A DNA stretch of 64,000 nucleotides, from positions 1-64,000 of IMG/VR virus record IMGVR_UViG_3300028591_000188; one strand, given 5' to 3'. Of the stretch, positions 1-13,200 are shown in pieces (the first letter of the stretch is position 1; each line of letters opens with the position of its first letter). The notes beneath the pieces are model-generated. The model did not search any database, had not been told where the DNA came from, and saw only the letters and a program-made list of their open reading frames with translations. The translations under genes and the position numbers were made by a program. The DNA comes from a virus (Duplodnaviria > Caudoviricetes).

Positions 1-3000
1 GACCATCAAAGAACAGTAGACAGAATATATAGACTTACCTTAAATCCAGATGAATTTGAAGAAGAAATTACTGAAATTGTACTATTATATGAAGGAGATA
101 AACTTGAGTTTGATACTAACCATCTAATAGATGCAATTCCTTATTATGAAACAGAGTTAATTTAGAAAGTATATTGGATTGATGGCATTAACCAACCTAG
201 GGTTATTAATATTGCTAATATGGAAAATTCCAATTTACCAAAACAACATCTTGGTGATATTAATTATGACCCTTATGGTTTTGTATAGGAAATATACAGT
301 GACTATAATTCAATTTAGGTAACTAAAAATTATGTAGGTGGAATGTTTCATGCAGGAGTTATCCAATATGCTTATTCATTCTTTAATGAGAATGCTTAGG
401 AAACTCCTGTGATTGATGTTACTCCATTGTATTATATAGCACATGAAGATAGAGGAGAAAAACCTGATACTAGAGTTGGATGTACTTTTACTTTGACTCT
501 TAATGTTCCTATTGATTTTCATGATAAGTTTGATTATATAAGGTTTTATTCAATATATAGAAGTGCATTAGACACTACTCCATTGGTTAAGGTTATCAAC
601 GAAGTGGAAACTAGTAAACTTACTCCTTGCGATGATAGTGAGCAGACAGTATCTCAAGATGACCCTAATTTAGACCACTACAGTCTATCTTTTATTGATG
701 ATAACACTTAGGGTTATGTATATGATGCTTAGTAGCTACTGATTAGAAACAACAAGATTATCCCATAGACATTCAATTATAAGGATGGTAAACTTTTCTT
801 TGGTAATTTCAAGAATGAGATAAATCTTACTGATATTGAAGATAATACATTTAACAAAGTAGATGTTTCGTGGAAAAGAAGTAAAGTTGTTGAGATTTCT
901 CTAAATGAACCATCTACTATTTCTGATTATGAAGATGAAATAGTTCCAAGTGAATTCAATGTTTATAATTATAAAAGTCAATTACAACATAATTCTCAAG
1001 AGATAAAGACCTTTAAGGGAAATGAATATTATCATTTAGGAGTTTAGTTATAGGATAAATATGGTAATTGGTCTTAGCCTTATTATGTAAAAACAGATAA
1101 GAATGATAAGTTTCCAAAAGGAAGTTTTTATCATTATAATTATGAAGGAGCAATACGTAACTCATTTATATATCCAATATATAATGTAGCATAGGCAGAA
1201 ACTAATGACGATATTAGCACTATTATAAATGATTTAGGTATAGATACTTCAGACTATATAAGAATTAGACCAGTAATATCTTTTCCAACACCTAGTGAAA
1301 GAGCTATACTTTGTCAAGGAATAGTTAATCCTACAGTATTTAATTTAGGTTAGAGAGTTAATGGTACTTGTCATGCTTAGGCATCTTGGTTTTTTAGACC
1401 TTATCCTAATAGTAGAGAACAAAACAATCCTGGTACATATGAAGATAAAAGAGGCATGGCATAGGTACAATGGGAAAATTATGCTCCTCTGTTTAATACA
1501 AAATATTTAAGTGGAGAAGTATAGTGTATGTATTCTTTTACAGACTCTAGTGATGCAAATAGTTTTAAATATTTAGTTTCACACACTGACTTTGATTTAG
1601 ATTCTAACAATAATTCATATGGTGGTGGTAATACATTATTTACTGGAATATCTGAATATGAAGCTAAAGAGTTAAGACTTTTACATTGTGATTCTCCAAT
1701 CTAGTATTTGGGAACACAATATAATTATTATTATAATATTAGTGATGAAGAGAATTTAATAATTTACCCCCGATTTACTTCTGAAGATTATGGTGGTAAT
1801 ATGTGTACATATTATGCAGCAGTATAGAAGACCTCTATAACAAGCAATACTTATACAGGATATAAATATGTAGTGCATTATATAGTAACATGGGAAGAAG
1901 ATGGACAGACATATGTAAGCTATTATGGAGGAGAAATTGAAAAATATGTAACAGAAGGAGAGTCTTTTTATTATGTAGTAAATAATCCACAATCAAGTAA
2001 TACTAGACAAAGACCTTATGCATATAATATAGACGCTGCTCATAAAGAACTTTATGATAGTTATTATTTTGTAGATACTTAGATATGCACTTTAAATTCT
2101 CCAGATATAGAGTTTGATACTAATATACAAAATACAGATACAAACGAATATGGTTTATCTTTAGTTGGTTCTTCGAGATTTGTAAACAATGTAGGCAAAT
2201 ATAATATCATTGCATAGAATCCTAATTTCTTAAACGATGTAAAAAAAGATTCTACTCATAATCATTATATAAGAGGTACAAAATTAGCTACTGGCTTTAG
2301 TACTGAAAGATACTATACACAAACTTATAATAATGTATAGTGGCAATCTTTTGGAGGAACCGTTGTGTCTGCTTTAGATTGTTGGTATGATGATGCTTGT
2401 AATTTATTTACTTGGAATGAACATACTTATACTTGGAATGAAAGGTCTTACCAAAACTCTTATGTTGTGTATCCTTGGTAGAGAAAATATTTGAATAATT
2501 TCAATAATAATCAACCGTTGATAGATAATCCAGATTCTGATTAGGGTATTACAACAGAGTCAGGAGAACCTTCCTTAATAATAAAGAAGATTTTAGGTAA
2601 TTTAAGATTTTGCTATACAGATTATTGTACTGAACAAGTTTATGAATATATTGATTATCTTAAATTATTTAATAGTGAGGAAGCTCAACTTCTTAAAACA
2701 AAGAAAGATAGATTATATTGTGGAAATATAGACTAGTTAATAACTTGTAATAGTTATTATTATGGAAGAGAAGCAAGTACTCAAAATTCTTAGTATACTA
2801 ATTGGAGTGCATGGAAACCTATTAATGGTTATCCTTTGTTGTTAGGACATAATGGTACTATTACTGATGCTACTAGGTTTCAAGGAGACCAATATCACGA
2901 ATTTAAATATTTTGGGGAAGTACCTTCAACAGATTATATACATTCTTATTTTAACGATATATCTCCTAATAATAGAAGTAGTGACCCTATTTGGGTAAGA

Positions 3001-4725
3001 TATAAATCTTCACCTCATTTTATATTTAAATTTTCTTATGGAAATGTTCTTCCTATACTTAGTAATATATAGGAAATCCCAATATCTTCAACTTATAATA
3101 CTTTGTGGGGTGAAGAGACAATAAATAGTCCTGAACATCTTGATATAGAACCTGTTACTACAACAGGTACTAATTAGAGTTATTTGTGGATAGCTGATAT
3201 CTATAATCCAAAACAAGTAGGCAATACTTTATCAGATTTTAATTTACTTAATAGAGTATGGTTACCTTGTGGAGAAAGTAAGCCTTTAAATAGTGATGAA
3301 AAACTAGTTTGGTCAGAAGGAGATACTTTCTTCCAAAGATATGATTGCCTAAAGACTTATCCTTTCAGTACTGATGATTATCAATCAGTGGTTGAGATTG
3401 GTTCATTCATGCTTGAAACAAGAGTCAATCTTGATGGTAGATATGACACTAACAGAGGATTAATGGACAACACAACTGTAACAAAGGAAAACTTTAATCT
3501 AATCAATCCTGTATATAGCCAAATGAATAATTTCTTCTAGTATAAAATACTGGATGAAAGATTCAATAATAAGGAAACTGAATATAAGAATAGAATTACA
3601 TGGACTCTAGATAAATAGAATGGTGATGATGTTGACTAGTGGACCAGAGTAACTGAATTAGGAATTCTTGATTTGGATGGTGATAAAGGTAAAGTTACCA
3701 AGATTGAAAGATTTGATAATAACTTATATATCTTCCAAGACAAAGGTATTGCAAGATTAAACTATAATGACAATATCCAAATTCCAACTGAAGGCAACAT
3801 TCCTATTGAAGTGATTAATTCAGGATTTATCAATGGTAAGAGATATATCAGTGAAAATCAAGGACTTCAAGATAAATGGTGTAGCAAATCAACTCCTTAT
3901 GGAATATTCTTTAAAGATGGGTATTCAAAAGCTTTATATACAGTAAAGTATGATGAGCGTAGAAATCCTATTGTAGCACCATTATCTCAAGGTTCAATGT
4001 AGAAATGGACTGAATAGAATGTAGAGGACATTTATAAGGTTAACTATGATAACCAAGTAAACGAGGTATTGTTTATGATACAAAATAATCAGGACTATTC
4101 TACATTAGCATATTCTCCTTTGTATCAAGCATTTACTGCTTTCTATGATTATAAAGATTGGGTAGGTAATTATAATAATTCTACAATATCATTGTTAAAA
4201 ACTAATAGTTATCCTAATATATAGTATATTTACTTTGTTAGGAGAGCTGCTAATGATAATAAACCTATATTTAACTACTTCTATGACGAAGATGAAACAA
4301 AATCCTATTGGATTAAGTTTACTTCAGTAGTGGATAATTACGATTGCATATTTGATAATATATACTTGAAGAGTAATCTTTATGCTTATGATAAAAATAG
4401 TATGAATGATGAAGACATAGATATTACTTTAAAAGGAGATGATATTTATCAAGGAGATAGTGTTTTCCCATTTGATTCAATAGCAGTAAGCAATGATAAG
4501 CAAGCTTATGAATTAGAAGAAGACTCTTCAGATGTATGGAAAGAGTTCAAACCTATCAAGAAGTTTGGAGTCTGGAGAGGAAGGATTCCTAGGATAAATT
4601 CAATAAATGGAAAGTATTTAGGAAGTAGAATTAGAAATCATTGGACTAGAATAGGACTAAAGAAAAAAAGCCCTTCAACTGAAAAGACAGTAGTTAGGGA
4701 TATAAAAGTGGATGCTTTCTTCTAA
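1..4725 (+). CDS. crAss-like tail stabilisation protein (5' partial, >1574 aa; TAG=Gln)
   Basis: Frame 1 is open from base 1 to TAA 4723-4725 when TAG=Gln; track fragments 409, 1873, 2836, 3184, 3673 and 4330 all lie in it. Motifs YETELIQKVYWIDGINQPRVINI, CQGIVNPTVFN..QASWFFRP, GDTFFQRYDCLKTYP and KFGVWRGRIPR are typical of crAss stabilisation proteins. Confidence 0.9.
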
Positions 4726-4728
4726 ATA

Positions 4729-4754
4729 AAAGGCTGGCAGAAATGTCAGCCTTT
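4729..4754 (+). terminator. Intrinsic terminator-like hairpin
   Basis: AAAGGCTGGCA-GAAA-TGTCAGCCTTT, an 11-bp stem with GAAA loop, 3 nt after the stop codon. Confidence 0.7.
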
Positions 4755-4807
4755 AATATTTTAATTGATTTTCAATTAATATTATACAATTATAAACATA
4801 TTTTATA

Positions 4808-4815
4808 TACTTTTG
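4808..4815 (+). promoter_or_regulatory. Bacteroidota-type -7 promoter box (TAnnTTTG)
   Basis: TACTTTTG followed by CA, with 19 nt between the box and ATG 4835, in an AT-rich intergenic gap. Confidence 0.55.
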
Positions 4816-4834
4816 CAGTTAAAATATTAATGTT

Positions 4835-7800
4835 ATGGCAAAAAACAATAATACTTTGGTTTTTAATGGTTTAATGCAAGGTATGTCTTGGGATTAGATT
4901 AAGGAAGCTAAAGAAGAAATACAAAGACATTAGGGAGAAAAATAGCCTACAAGAAAGGATATTCTCACTGATTGGATTATTGGTAAGGATTATATGCTTC
5001 AATAGCAAGGTAATACTTTTGATTTAGGAGGAAGCTATTCTTCTTGGTTAAGTCAATATAAAGAGGCCCATCCTCAAGATTCTTACTCTTGGGGAGAATT
5101 ATCTAAAGGAAAATTAGAGGATTCTTTTAGCAATGGTAATGGTTTAGGCTCTGCTTTAGGTATTGCAGGAACCGCTATGGATTGGACTAAAGAATTCTTA
5201 GATTCAGTAAATTCAATAGATAATTCAGCTCAACTTAATGATGCAAAATATATTGCTGGTTAGCAAATCAATTTTGGAGATAATGCATCGTTGATGAACA
5301 CTTAGAGTAATTTACAATATGCAGATACTAATACTACAGCTACTGATGTAGGAGGACATTCTTTTGGATAGTCTGCAATGAATGTTGGAAAAGATGCATT
5401 GTCTGGTGCAACTACTGGACTTACTGTTGGAGGTCCTTGGGGAGCACTTATTGGAGGAGTAGCAGGACTTGCTAAAGGTACAGTACAAGAAATAATAAAT
5501 CATAATAAAGCAGAAGAGGCAGCAAGAACAGCTAATTTAATAAGCAGTATAGCTAATGACCAAATAAATCAAAGAATGGGTTATGCTTCTGATAAATCAC
5601 AATAGCTTGCTGTATTAAATCAACTTTAGAATATGGCTAAAAATGGAGGCAAATTAAAGAAATCCCATAGATTTGCTGAAGGAGGATTATTAAATACTTA
5701 TGACTATGGTCTTGAGGAGGTAAATGCAGGTGGTTCCCATGAGGAGAATCCTAATGAAGGTGTTGTCGTAAGTTATGCTCCTGATGGTTTACCTAATAAA
5801 GTTGAAGAAGGTGAAACCATACATAATGATTATGTATATTCAAAGAGACTTGAAGCTAATAAGAAGGTTCTTGAGAATAACCTTCTTGATGAGAAATATG
5901 AAGGTAAGTCATTTGCTGATATATCAAAGAAACTTACAGAAGATAGAAAACAAAGACCTAACGATCCCATTTCAGTAAGAACTAATGAAGAAAACCTTAA
6001 TAGGCTTCAAGATGCTTAGGAAGAACTTAAACTTGATAATAAAACCAGGGAAGTAAAGAGATTCTTAGGTAGCCTTAATAATGAATAGCTTAATGCTCTC
6101 CAATAGGAAATGATGGATGAGTATGAAGCTTATGCTGAACAATAGGCTCAACAATAGGAACAAGAGGATTAGGCTTATCAAGAAGAACAGGCTGCTTAGG
6201 AAGGGATGTTTGGTAGAGGAGGGCATCTTAAGCAAGGAGAAGTAAGTTCTTCAATTTCAAGATTACGTCCAGTACGTGATGCTGAAGGAAACATAGTAGG
6301 ATGGGAGAATCCTGATTATATTTCTAATGAAAATGTATTGAACTTATCAGGCTATAATCCTAATTATGAAGGTGCATAGATTTATGCTGATGATAGAAAT
6401 TGGTTCTAGCGTAATATAGTTTCTCCTTGGAATACTTGGTGGAATAATTTACCTTCTCCAGAATTCTCTTAGGCAGTTAGAAACCTCACTCCTGTTGGTG
6501 CCGTTGATGCAATATTAAACGGAGATACAGAAAGATTGTTGGCAGCAGCTAGTACTGAGGGGCCTGTATAGCGTAATATATTTGATGATGCTAATGAAAC
6601 AAATTTAACTAGAAGCTTACAACAAGATAGAGCTATAGATAAAATGTGGAAGAATGCACCAGATGAAGGATTAGGGTCTTCTAAAGCTTCGTCTAAAACC
6701 ACTACTCCTAAAACTTCAACAAGAAAATCTAAGAAAGCATCTACACAACAGAATTAGGCATCTCAAGAAGTAAATACTGAGACCCCTAATACTACTACGG
6801 AAGAAACTAGAAAAGCTAAATTCTTAAAAGGACTTAAGAATCTAGGAATAACTGCTGGTGTAACTACTGGTATTGGAGCAGCTGTAAAATTAGGAACTAG
6901 AGAGATTGAAAGATAGAAAGCTATAAAGGATATTTATAATAGTGAAATTCCAGTATAGGAGTCTGATTCTGTATAGGTTCCATATTCCAATACTAATAAT
7001 TATATATATGCTCCTGATAGTTCATATTGGTATGACCCTGTAGAAGGTCGTATGTTTTATAAAAAATCAGAAGGAGGTCATTTATTCCAGGGTGGAGGAT
7101 TTGCTCCTTATGAATTTGAAGAAGTAAATGGAGAAGTATTTGCACATAAAAAGGTTAATAAAAATGGTAATGTTGGTGCTTTAAGAGTTCCTGAAGCAGA
7201 GTTTACTCCAGAAATGGTAACTGCTTATGGAATATGGAAGCAGAGAAATAATTCAAACAATTCAAACGTCTCTACTAAAAATACTCCTGCAAAATCTAAA
7301 CCTGCAAGTACTACAAAATCTGCTACTACTTCTCCTAATAATCCAAATTATACAGGATTAGATTATATGCCAGATTCTACACCAATTGATGTAGAATTGC
7401 CATAGGGTTATATTTTAGGTATAAATCCTAATTAGTTTGGAAAATTTAATCCAGATGAAATAATTGATAGTAATTTAGATTTTATTGATTATTCTTCAAG
7501 ACCAAAAGCAAATCCTTTGAATAATGAACTTAATGGTAGAACTACTCCACCATCAAGAAATCCAGAATATAAACCCAACTATTTATCCTATTTAAGATAT
7601 GCTCCTATATTAGGTAGTTTAGGATAGGTATTAGGTGATACTTTAGGTTTAACTAATCAGCCTGACTATTCAAACATTGATATGTATAGAAGAGCTGTTG
7701 ATAGTATTGGTGGAGTTAACTTTGTTCCTATTGGTGGATATTAGTAGTATATTCCTATAGATAAGGAATACATATCAAATCAACAGCTTGCTTAGGCTGC

Positions 7801-8308
7801 TGCGTATAATAGGTCCTTAAATAATGCTAATCCTGTAGGTTCATATATCTTAGGTCTTGTAAATGATGCTAAAGTAAGAGACCAAATTGGAGATATATAC
7901 ATTAATGCTGCTGCACAAGATTAGAAGAATAAACTTGCAGTAGCTGAGTATAATAGAGGAATTGATATTACTAATGCTAAAAATTCCTTAGCAGCACAAT
8001 CAGAGAATGCAAGACTTAGAGCTTAGAGAGCTAATGAATATCAAAAGATAGCAACTATGAGGGATAATGAAAGAAATACCGCTGAAGCAGCTAAAGCAGC
8101 TAATTATTAGGGATTGTTTACTAATATTGGTAACCTTGGTACTGATGAAATGAATAGAACTATGGTTAATAGAAATCCTGCATTGTTCTATAAAGTGAAT
8201 ATGGATGGAAGTATTTATTTCAAAAATGCATTCTGGGGCTTATCAGAAGATACACAAAATGAATTAATAGACATGCTTGAAAAACAAGGATATAAAATAT
8301 CTAAATAA
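4835..8308 (+). CDS. Cargo/ejection protein C1-like (1157 aa; TAG=Gln)
   Basis: Continuous frame 2 from ATG 4835 to TAA 8306-8308, joining fragments 5378, 5633, 7052 and 8114. Motifs AGGSHEENPNEGV..PNKVEEGE, FADISKKL..RPNDPIS and LRYAPILG..GLTNQPDYS; glycine-rich hydrophobic segment GGPWGALIGGVAGLAKG. Confidence 0.8.
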
Positions 8309-8326
8309 TAGAAAGGATAACAACAT

Positions 8327-10225
8327 ATGGCAAGAATATTTTCAGCAACTTTTACCCCATATACATATGAATAGTATGCTACTCCTGTAAGGGAAGCTAC
8401 TGCATATCATTAGAAAATATAGGATTAGTATGATGCTGCTCTTCTTGAAGCATATAAATTAAATAGTATGCTTGATTAGCAGAATGACCCAGAATCTTGG
8501 AAGTTATATAATGATACAGTTAAGACTGTTTATGATATGGCTAATTATCTGAATACAAAAGGTCTTGATGCTAATGCTTAGGCTAACTTAATGAAAGTTA
8601 GGATGCAAAGTCAAAACATTTTTGACATTAATGCTGCAATAAATAGAAAACAAGAGGCTATTAAATCCTTTATGAATTCTGCAAATGGATAGAATCCTAG
8701 ATATATAGGTATTAGACCTGAAGAAACCTCAGTTGATGATTGGAGAGGAGGAAAAACCCCAGATTTGTTTGGAGTCAATGGTGAACAAGTTTCATAGTAT
8801 ATTGAAAATGCTACTAAAAATGTTACAAGTTAGCTTTTTAATGAATATAATTCTAGAGGTTATAGAATTACAGAAATAGGAGTTAATCCTATATATAGAT
8901 AGTAGGTATTTAATGCATTAACTGATGAAAACTATGATGGAAACTATCAATTTACAAAAGATGCTGTATAGAACCAATATATGAATAATGTGGTAAGAGA
9001 ATTAAGACAAACCATGCAAAACGCACAATTTTCTTTTGGTTTTGATTAGTTGAAGTCAGATGAAAACAAACAAAGGTTTGCATCAGAAATGTTTAATGGT
9101 ATATAGAATGGAATTCAATATAGTAAGAAGAGTGAAGTTGACCAATATGCATTGGATTCCTTTAAGACACAAAATGATATTTATGCAGCAATATATAAGG
9201 ATGCAGCAACTAATCCTAAATCTCCAAATATGATAGTAAATGGAAAGGTTGTCCCTAGACCACAACAAGAAGATCCTATGTCAGCTACTTTTGGATAGCA
9301 TTTTAACTATTTAGATAGAAGTGGTGAATATACAAATTTAAAGACTCAGTTTAGTACATTAGGAGGTATAAATATAGATACTGGTTAGATATAGGGAGGC
9401 GTTGTTTGGGATAATAAAGGACAGCTTAAAGAGCAATTTAAAAATCCTGTTGTTTTAAATAAGGATAAAAAATCAGTACATCCTAAAGACAACAATTTCT
9501 TTATTGCCTATGAATAGTATATAAAACCTCTTAATAGCTATATAGAAAGTTTAGAGATTAATGATATTACTGGAGAAGGATATCGCTCTGTTAAACCAAG
9601 TCTTTATTAGAATTATAGTGATGAAGAGCTTATGAGTTTATACAATATGTATAAAGAAATGGGTTACACTAAAGAAACCTACGATGCACTTAAGAAATTT
9701 AATGTTTCCAATTTAAATGATTATAACGAAGGTAAAGGATTTAATGCTTAGGATGCTTTGAATGAAGCTAATAAGTTAGTATAGAAGAGTTATGTTACCT
9801 CTTTCACATTAACAGACAATTCTTAGGCAGGAGATATTATTATGAGAGGTTTAAATACTTCTGAAAGACAAGTAAGAGAAATAGATTATTCTGGTAAAAG
9901 AGGAGATTTATTAAAAAATAGGAATGTTCCTTTCTTAAAAAAAGAGGGTAAAAACTATGTATTTGATAAAGATGTTGTAACAGGTTATGGTTATGATATA
10001 GACCATCCTGATGAGTTTATAATTTATTCTGGAAATAAAGGATATGCTGTACCAATCAACATATTTCCCAATGAGGTATAGACAGTAATTAAAGCAAGTG
10101 CTGTAGAATACCAAACTAGAGGAAACAATGGGATTAGAAATCAAGATGCTTCTGCAAGATTTTTATATGACTTCTTCTTAGAAGGAGCATCTCCTGTTCA
10201 TGGTAATACAATTAATAGAGAATAA
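8327..10225 (+). CDS. Cargo/ejection protein C2-like (632 aa; TAG=Gln)
   Basis: ATG 8327 (MARIFSATFTPYTYEQYATPV) to TAA 10223-10225 in frame 2; includes fragment 9842; lies between C1-like and the giant cargo gene. Confidence 0.7.
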
Positions 10226-10231
10226 TAAGAT

Positions 10232-13200
10232 ATGGAAGAAAATTATTTAGATATAACCGAATTTGGACCATAGGGATTAAGAGGTTTGCCTTCATTAGTT
10301 TCTAATTAGAACTATGGAGCAGATACTACTGAAGATAATAATACCAACAATGAAAGAAGTATTGCTGACATTATTTTATAGTCAGAACATCCTTATCAAC
10401 AGTTAGGTCCTTATTTCAGTCCTACACAAAAAACAGAGGATATAGGATTAGAAGCTATGAGCTTAGGCTATGGAGATAGCAGATTTGATGAAAATGCTAC
10501 ATAGGAATCTGACTTATATAACTTAGATGAAATCAGAGCATAGAATCAAACTGGTATAGAATAGCTTGCTCACGGTGTTGCCAAAGGAATAGGACTTGCT
10601 GCTACTACTTTTGTAGATAACTTTGCAGGTACTGCTGCTGGCTTAGCTAATGTAATTGATAAAACTTCATCTGGAGAAATATCCAAAGATTAGTGGTTTA
10701 CTTAGGGACTTAATGCTTTCGTTGATAATCCTGTAAGTAGGGAATTACAGGAAATCAATGATAAGATGGAAGTATGGTTACCTAACTATTATACTGAAGC
10801 TGAGAAAAATAATTCATGGTGGTAGAATGCTTTTACTGCTAACTTTATAGGAGACCATTTTCTTAAGAATACAGGATTTATGGTTGGTGCCTTATTTAGT
10901 GGTATGGCTACTTCTGGGGTTCTTTCCAAAGTAATGAAACTAGAATAGTCTAGAAATATATTTAAAAACATGGCATCTGCTGCTGGAATGAATGATAAAA
11001 ATGCAATAGAAGTTGCAGCATAGATGGCAAGAAATGGTGCTACTGGAGCAACTGTAGAAAGAGCTTTAGCAAACTCAGCAAAGGAATTGGCAAGAAAAGA
11101 GATAGCTTTAAAAGCAATTGCTGGACTTAGTGCTTCTTGGGGAGAATCTAGAATAGAAGCTTTAGGTGGTTCTGATGAATTTTTCAATAGAGATAAACCG
11201 CTGTTAGATTAGTATAGGTAGCAAAGATTAGACAATGTAGATAATGAATTATTGGAGGAACATCCTGAATTATTCTTAAGACCTATAGCTAATTAGAATG
11301 GATAGATTATTGGTTATGAAAGACTACCTTATTAGGATAATGAAGAATACAAAAGCCTCTACAATCAAAAAATAGATAATATTACAAATGAATATAATGC
11401 AGCTTTAGAAGAATTAAACAACAGAAGAATTGATTTTGCAAACAATTCATTCTTAGTTAATTTTGGCTTAACTTATCTTGAGAACCTTACAATATTCGGA
11501 AATGCCATAACTGGAGGGTATAGTACTGCTAAGAGAGCTAAAAACCTTGTAGATAAAGTAGCTATTGATTAGGCTGCAAAAGAGGGGGCATCAGCCCCAT
11601 TTAAATATACTGCTTCTAAAGAAGCTATAAGGGCTTTAAAAGCAAAGAATATTGCAAAAGGTATTTGGTCTCCTATATTTGAAGGTACTTAGGAAATGTT
11701 ACAAAGAGTTGAATAGGTTACTGAAGATATTTATCAAGGTACTAAATTCAATACTTTTATGGGTTAGGCAATAGACCCTAATGGATTGGATTCAAATCTT
11801 TCCTGGACTAAATCTTTCTCTGAAGCTTTTGGTAAAGTGTATTCTAACCCTGAAGAATGGGAAAATTTTGCTTTAGGATTTATAACTGCATTACTTCCTA
11901 TGGGAGGATATACTACAGTCACTAATGAAAAAGGTGAAATCCAATATGATGAGTTAGGTAGACAAAAAACCAAGAGAACCCTTCTAGGAGGTGAATTTTG
12001 GGATAATGTGTATACTGCAAATAAAGGAATCAACGCTGAGGCTGAAAGTCAAGCTAATGCTTTAAATCAAATATTGGATAATCCAGATAAAAGAAATCTT
12101 GTGTACTCATTAGTTATGAGGGATGCTTTTTCTTAGAGAAAAGATGCAGCTCTTTAGAATAATGATGTATTAGCTTATAAAAATGCTGAATTTGATGAAT
12201 TAGTTAGTGAGGCAATAAGATTCTAGGAATCTGGCAGAGGAGAAGATTATAGGGACCTTATAAATACCTATATGACTATAGAAACTCCTGAACAAATTGA
12301 AGACCTTAAAAAAAATACAGTTATAACTGAAGGAGACACAGAAGTTTCTTTATATGATGGAATGTCAGATGAATAGATTATTCAAAAGTTTGCTAATCAA
12401 AAGAAGCAAGCCTTAGAAGTAATTGATAAGGCATAGGCAATATCAGATTAGTTTGATTAGTTATATGGTACTGAAACTTTAGCAATAGCTAAACCTGAAT
12501 ATATATCTTCTGTATTAAGAATAGATAATAGAGAGCAGAGAATAAAATAGCTTTCAGATGAAATTCTTAGCTATGTAAATGGTCTTACTTCTTTATATAA
12601 TGAAGAAGAAAAGAATGAATTACTTGACAACCTTAGAAGTATAAGTAATCTTACTTCTGTAATGAGTAATGAAGAGTCATTAAAAGTAGTTGTTGATGCA
12701 ATAGATAATAATGAAAATGCAAAGAAAGCTTTGAATGACTTTATTGAAAATAAATATGCAGCAGTAAACTCTGAAAGAGGTCTTTTATAGGTAAGAATAA
12801 ATAGACTTACAAAAAAGCAGGAAGAACAAGGATTGAATAAAACCGAGCAAAAGCAACTTGATTCTCTTAAAAAGAGAAAGAAAAAATTAGATGATTCTAC
12901 TGCTGGAATGAAAGACAAGCTTTAGAAACTTAAACAAAAAGTTTAGGATTCTGGTGGAGAAACTGAATTAAATAGAGCTACTTTTGTATAGAAAATAGAT
13001 GATTTAAATACTTTAATTTAGGATAGAGAATCCTTAGTATCTTTATTTGGAGTATTTTCAAATGTAGATACTAGATTTGTATTAGAAAAAGCCTTATCTA
13101 ATGATATCAATAAAGCAATGGAATTCTATGTAAATAGAAGAATAGATAAGGTTTATTCTAAAGTAAGAAAAAATAGAGATTTAAGTTAGTTAGATGAATC

